This document shows, one piece after another, positions 16,297 through 20,000 of a stretch of DNA of 20,000 nucleotides. Source of the stretch: an uncultured virus (IMG/VR IMGVR_UViG_3300042878_002054) (lineage: Duplodnaviria > Heunggongvirae > Uroviricota > Caudoviricetes). The DNA lies in IMG/VR virus record IMGVR_UViG_3300042878_002054; one strand, given 5' to 3'. The position numbers and the translations under genes were made by a program. The notes under the pieces were generated by a model. That model searched no databases and was not told where the DNA came from. It saw nothing but the letters and a program-made list of their open reading frames with translations. How positions within the stretch are numbered: position 1 is the first letter of the stretch; every line of letters begins with the position of its first letter.

Positions 16297-17253
16297 ATGA
16301 AAAAGTTGATAATAATAGACACATATCCAAAAGCAGAGGAACATATAGATTGTCTAAACGAATGTGTAGATAGATTGTCAGGTAAGGGATATGACCTTAT
16401 GATAGTATCACACTATCCTGTTCCATTGGATATTCAAGAAAAGGTGGATTATTATATTTATGACAAAGAAAATATTTTAATGCCATACAATCTAACGCCA
16501 TATAGTTGGATGTCTAATGAATCATTTTACCTACAAGTAAATGCACAAGGACATGGTATTACTATATGTAAGAATATGTATAATGGTATATCAACTGCAA
16601 AGTCTTTAGGATACGATTTCTTCTTTTTTATGGAAGCAGACAATCTTCTTCATGAGGAAGATGTCATATTATTAGATAATCTTCAGTCCAAAATGAAAGA
16701 AGAAGATAAAAAAATGATATTCTTTAAAAGTAAAGAGGTTACTTATAACTTTTATGAGACATTGATATTTGGAGGATCACCAGAGTATTTTATGAATAGT
16801 ATAAAGTTACCACTAACTGTGGAAGAGTATGTAGAATGGCTTTCTGAAAACGGTTCTTTTCTTTCTGAATCACTGGAAATGACCTTCTATAAAAAGTTTT
16901 TAGAAAAGGAAAGACTTTTGGTTATAGATGAGAGTAGCGAGATTTTTTTTAAAAACAGCTTAATAAACAAATACTCTGGATCCGACAACCTTTGTGTTGT
17001 GATAACAAACAACCTAAACAATCAATTCATTCTTTTCTTAAAGAACTTTGGAGCGAAGACGGTCAATTTTAAAGTAAATGATGTTGATAACATAACCGAA
17101 CCGGGGTGCTGGTCTTATAGGTTTGTTGAGAACAATGCCGAAATATCGGTAGTGATGTATCAGAATGATGAGATAGTTGGAAGAAAGTACTTTTTAGTCA
17201 ATGAAGAAAATAGAAGTAAGTTTACCGAAAATGGATTTTTAAAGTTCAGATAA
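16297..17253 (+). CDS. Putative GT-A-like glycosyltransferase
   Basis: LMIVSHYP...VDYYIYDKEN, AKSLGYDFFFFMEAD (ExD after a hydrophobic strand), SLE; last gene of a GT operon. Confidence 0.6.
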   Translation: MKKLIIIDTYPKAEEHIDCLNECVDRLSGKGYDLMIVSHYPVPLDIQEKVDYYIYDKENILMPYNLTPYSWMSNESFYLQVNAQGHGITICKNMYNGISTAKSLGYDFFFFMEADNLLHEEDVILLDNLQSKMKEEDKKMIFFKSKEVTYNFYETLIFGGSPEYFMNSIKLPLTVEEYVEWLSENGSFLSESLEMTFYKKFLEKERLLVIDESSEIFFKNSLINKYSGSDNLCVVITNNLNNQFILFLKNFGAKTVNFKVNDVDNITEPGCWSYRFVENNAEISVVMYQNDEIVGRKYFLVNEENRSKFTENGFLKFR

Positions 17254-17285
17254 AAAAAAGAGAGTCAAATGACTCTCTTTTTTTT
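17252..17285. terminator. Bidirectional intrinsic terminator
   Basis: A-tract, GAGAGTC-aaat-GACTCTC, T-tract, between convergent genes. Confidence 0.88.
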
Positions 17286-18103
17286 TATTTTCTTACGTTT
17301 ACCTTAACTCCAAGACTTTTTTTGACAGGAGCCTTAGGTTTTGAACTTTTACTTTCGTTTAGTTTTACAGTTACCTTTTTAGATACTTTAACAACAAACT
17401 TATCTTCCCATGGTGTGAATAGATTTCCGTCTGCATTTACTTCTAACTTAATGTTTCCTGTTTGTCCTTCGTTGAAGATACCAAGTTTTTTGATAGGAAT
17501 TATACATTTACCTTTCTTTATCTCACCAACAAACATAAGTGTCCAATCTTCAGATTCAATAATAAGTCTTACTTCAGTATCGTTTTGATTTACACCTTCA
17601 ACTGCGATGTCGCATACGAAATCTTCTGCTTTGTCTTTGAAAAGTTTGTAGTATTCTTCTGATTCGGATTTTGATTCATCTAAGTCTTCAAGTTCCTCGT
17701 TATCATCTTCATCATAGTATGGATTGTGCATACTTCGGTCTTTATAATCATTGTTTACAACCGGATTTCTTTTCATTCCACTTCCATCACATTCTTCACA
17801 ACCTGTACCTTCACAAGGTTTGCAAAATGGAGATTCAAATCCAAAATCATCATCATCCTCATCTTCTATTTCTGAAGAAGGAACTTTATAAGGATTGAAT
17901 TCCTGGTTTATCTCTTCATCATCTTCACCATCTTGTCTTTGAATATGACCTGCGAATATACCACTATCGTCATCTTCTTCATCATTGTATCCTTCTCGGT
18001 CTGAGAACAATCCTTCTTTTACAAGATTGGACTTCATCTTTTGTAAATCGTCTAGTTTTCCACCAGTCACAAAATCATCAAATTTGAATATATCTTTTTC
18101 CAT
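17285..18103 (-). CDS. Hypothetical protein: F(D/E)xF leader, acidic region, CxxCxGxG Zn knuckle, beta-rich C-domain, basic tail
   Basis: MEKDIFKFDDFV; D/E tracts; CKPCEGTGCEECDGSG; C-terminal beta-strand pattern. Confidence 0.8.
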   Translation of the reverse strand: MEKDIFKFDDFVTGGKLDDLQKMKSNLVKEGLFSDREGYNDEEDDDSGIFAGHIQRQDGEDDEEINQEFNPYKVPSSEIEDEDDDDFGFESPFCKPCEGTGCEECDGSGMKRNPVVNNDYKDRSMHNPYYDEDDNEELEDLDESKSESEEYYKLFKDKAEDFVCDIAVEGVNQNDTEVRLIIESEDWTLMFVGEIKKGKCIIPIKKLGIFNEGQTGNIKLEVNADGNLFTPWEDKFVVKVSKKVTVKLNESKSSKPKAPVKKSLGVKVNVRK

Positions 18104-18107
18104 AACT

Positions 18108-18116
18108 TATATATTA
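18108..18116 (-). promoter_or_regulatory. TAATATATA element (putative late promoter)
   Basis: Exact motif 4 nt before ATG 18103. Confidence 0.6.
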
Positions 18117-18119
18117 TTT

Positions 18120-18521
18120 TTAAAAATCAATTTTTACACTAACTGCTTCCTTTATGAATCTTTCAAATTCGTTTACAGAAACTTTTATATCATCTATAGG
18201 AGATCGAGACTCTTCATATTCTATTCCCTTTACTCGACAGAATACCTTAATTAGTTTTTTAGTCTTTTCATCACCAATTTCTTTTTTAACCTGCATCCAA
18301 GGATTACCATCGACGTATTCCTTCATTCCAGAGCCACCACCTCCACCTTTTCTTATAAGTTGTTCTACTTCTAATAGAATAAATATCTCATCCCAGGTAA
18401 GATTGACATTTTCCCAATTGATTGTCATCTCTTCCCATTTAAGCCATTTCTTACCAGTAGCGACTTCTTCGTCAGTCCAGTTCAAATCACTATTTAGTAG
18501 TGGTGAATATTTAATCGGCAT
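18120..18521 (-). CDS. Hypothetical protein with periodic Trp N-terminus and Gly linker
   Basis: KWEEMTINWENVNLTWDEI (W every 7), GGGGGSG; preceded by a TAATATATA element. Confidence 0.8.
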   Translation of the reverse strand: MPIKYSPLLNSDLNWTDEEVATGKKWLKWEEMTINWENVNLTWDEIFILLEVEQLIRKGGGGGSGMKEYVDGNPWMQVKKEIGDEKTKKLIKVFCRVKGIEYEESRSPIDDIKVSVNEFERFIKEAVSVKIDF

Positions 18522-18540
18522 TTTGTTTTATAAATTTCAT

Positions 18541-18586
18541 TATATATTAAATATCTCATGTTGGGATTCATGATACTTAATATATA
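18541..18586. promoter_or_regulatory. Back-to-back TAATATATA elements (divergent putative late promoters)
   Basis: Minus strand 18549-18541, and plus strand 18578-18586 (5 nt before ATG 18592). Confidence 0.6.
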
Positions 18587-18591
18587 CTCAT

Positions 18592-20000
18592 ATGAACTAC
18601 AATTTGACGGGAGCGACAGTTTCTTCTACCTATGGTAGACTGGTACAGACTATAAACGGATCTTTTTACGATGGATATGGAAGTCTACTGAATCCATTTG
18701 GAGCTACGACCAGTAATATATCGATTCTTTGGACAGGTGACTGGGACCAGGATATGAATTACTATATGATGGATGCAGTCAAATACAATGGCAATACATA
18801 TGTCTGTATAGATGGAGACTACTACTATACAGCCACCGCTCCTTTCGATTCTCCTGACCAACTCATGAGTGGCACTGCATCAACCTGGGCATTATTCACA
18901 CCATCAACTGTTTTGAACTCAAGCACTTTCATGCTTGACGTATATGATACTATCTCCAACGAAGGAACAGGAAGATTGTTGGTTTCTGATGGAACTTCTT
19001 ATAAGTCTGTAGCTCAAGAAAATCTTACTTTTGATGGTTCGACACTTACAATAAACGGAAATCTGAGAGTAATCGGAACTACATCGACGATAGGTTCTGA
19101 GAATCTTATAGTAAAAGATCCTATCATTGTACTGGCAGATGGACAGACAGGAACACCATCTTTTGATGCTGGTTTTTTTGTAAATAGAGGAACTGGTGCA
19201 ACTCAGGCTATGATATGGGATGAATCAGAAGACGAATTCGCGTTCGTTCAGACAAATAGTAATTCAAATGTCTATGGAAACGTAAGTATCGCTACATATT
19301 CGAATATGAGGGCAAATATAGGAAACTTCTCTAATATAGAAGCTATAGGTGCGACTTTTTCATATGTAGATATCGATGATATATCAGTAAGTTTAGGATT
19401 CATATCAGAGTTGGAGGTAGATAACATAATAGGAGACTCTGCATCGTTTTCAAGTATATTTGTTACAAACGCAACTTTCTCAAATGTATCTATATCGGAC
19501 ACAATCACAAATACTCTTGTTATAACCAATCTTAGTGCGACATCATCTGCTGTAAAATATGTTGTGATAGATGATGCAGGTGATACTTATTATCAGGAAA
19601 GAGAACCTAGTACTTCTGGAACTTCTGGTACATCAGGAACTTCTGGAACATCAGGAACTTCTGGTACATCAGGAACTTCTGGGACTACAGGAACTTCAGG
19701 AACTTCTGGAACTTCGGGGACTACAGGAACTTCTGGTACATCAGGAACTACGGGTACTTCTGGTACTTCTGGAACTTCTGGTACATCAGGGACTTCTGGT
19801 ACTTCTGGTACATCAGGAACTACGGGTACTTCGGGTACTTCGGGGACTACAGGAACATCAGGAACTACGGGTACTTCTGGTACTTCTGGAACATCAGGAA
19901 CTACGGGAACTTCTGGAACTTCTGGAACTACGGGTACTTCTGGTACTTCTGGAACATCAGGAACTACGGGTACTTCGGGGACTACAGGAACTTCTGGTAC
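18592..20000 (+). CDS. Partial (runs off right edge) virion fibre/adhesin-like protein with CBM5/12-like module and (Gly-Thr-Ser/Thr)n repeat
   Basis: Not in ORF track (no stop in window). [19 protein letters not shown]...[27 protein letters not shown]...[37 protein letters not shown]...DAGFFVNRG...[10 protein letters not shown]...[14 protein letters not shown]. Confidence 0.85.
   Translation, partial: MNYNLTGATVSSTYGRLVQTINGSFYDGYGSLLNPFGATTSNISILWTGDWDQDMNYYMMDAVKYNGNTYVCIDGDYYYTATAPFDSPDQLMSGTASTWALFTPSTVLNSSTFMLDVYDTISNEGTGRLLVSDGTSYKSVAQENLTFDGSTLTINGNLRVIGTTSTIGSENLIVKDPIIVLADGQTGTPSFDAGFFVNRGTGATQAMIWDESEDEFAFVQTNSNSNVYGNVSIATYSNMRANIGNFSNIEAIGATFSYVDIDDISVSLGFISELEVDNIIGDSASFSSIFVTNATFSNVSISDTITNTLVITNLSATSSAVKYVVIDDAGDTYYQEREPSTSGTSGTSGTSGTSGTSGTSGTSGTTGTSGTSGTSGTTGTSGTSGTTGTSGTSGTSGTSGTSGTSGTSGTTGTSGTSGTTGTSGTTGTSGTSGTSGTTGTSGTSGTTGTSGTSGTSGTTGTSGTTGTSG
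19612..20000 (+). repeat. 9-bp coding tandem repeat, about 43 units in window, encoding T-(S/T)-G
   Basis: Units ACT TCT GGA / ACT TCT GGT / ACA TCA GGA / ACT ACA GGA / ACT ACG GGT, all in frame; continues past the window edge. Confidence 0.97.

Noticed and set aside
18553..18575. Short imperfect inverted repeat (TCATG...CATGA) between the divergent elements
   Set aside because: Too short and weak to distinguish from chance.
1363..19529. Antisense and alternate-frame ORFs in the track (e.g. 3597-3956, 6178-6498, 7931-8233, 14729-15064, 18154-18573, 19272-19529)
   Set aside because: They overlap better-supported genes, have no motifs and show shadow-ORF composition.
19612..20000. Repeat array as CRISPR or non-coding satellite
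   Set aside because: Unit is 9 bp with no unique spacers, and variation is confined to synonymous positions or Ser/Thr swaps in an open frame.
1..20000. Stop-codon reassignment (TAG/TGA recoding as in some large phages)
   Set aside because: Genes tile the window under the standard code, TGA is used as a real stop in overlapping gene junctions, and no recognised domain is interrupted by an in-frame stop.
1..20000. Eukaryotic giant virus or cellular origin, suggested by the NEIL1-like gene and many glycosyltransferases
   Set aside because: Overlapping start/stop operons, intrinsic terminators, Bacteroidota promoter boxes and gp23-like segments fit a bacteriophage better; no hallmark gene in the window proves it.

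Overview
AT-rich, densely coding window that reads as part of a large tailed (T4-like/jumbo) phage genome, probably infecting Bacteroidota: four TAnnTTTG -7 promoter boxes and A-rich, SD-less translation starts. Standard genetic code; no tRNA, rRNA, CRISPR or IS seen. Leftward, apparently host-promoter-driven genes include a NEIL1-like glycosylase, DUF4326, a 2H phosphoesterase, a DUF6011-type Zn protein, an M28 peptidase and a retropepsin-like protease. A second gene class sits behind a TAATATATA element (putative late promoter), and four proteins in these units share an N-terminal (K)xF(E/D)xF leader. Highlights: (1) a glycosylation operon (GT4, a TibC/Aah-type protein O-heptosyltransferase fused to a GT-A domain, DUF6165, another GT-A-like protein) about 1.3 kb from a fibre-like protein with a long (Gly-Thr-Ser/Thr)n repeat; (2) two stand-alone genes resembling separate fragments of the T4 gp23 major capsid protein; (3) a short R-x-x-K-h-x-x-I-h tag shared by unrelated proteins; (4) a minimal PolA/T7-RNAP-like palm polymerase with unusual sugar-gate residues. 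All family calls come from motif recognition by eye; no database search was run.
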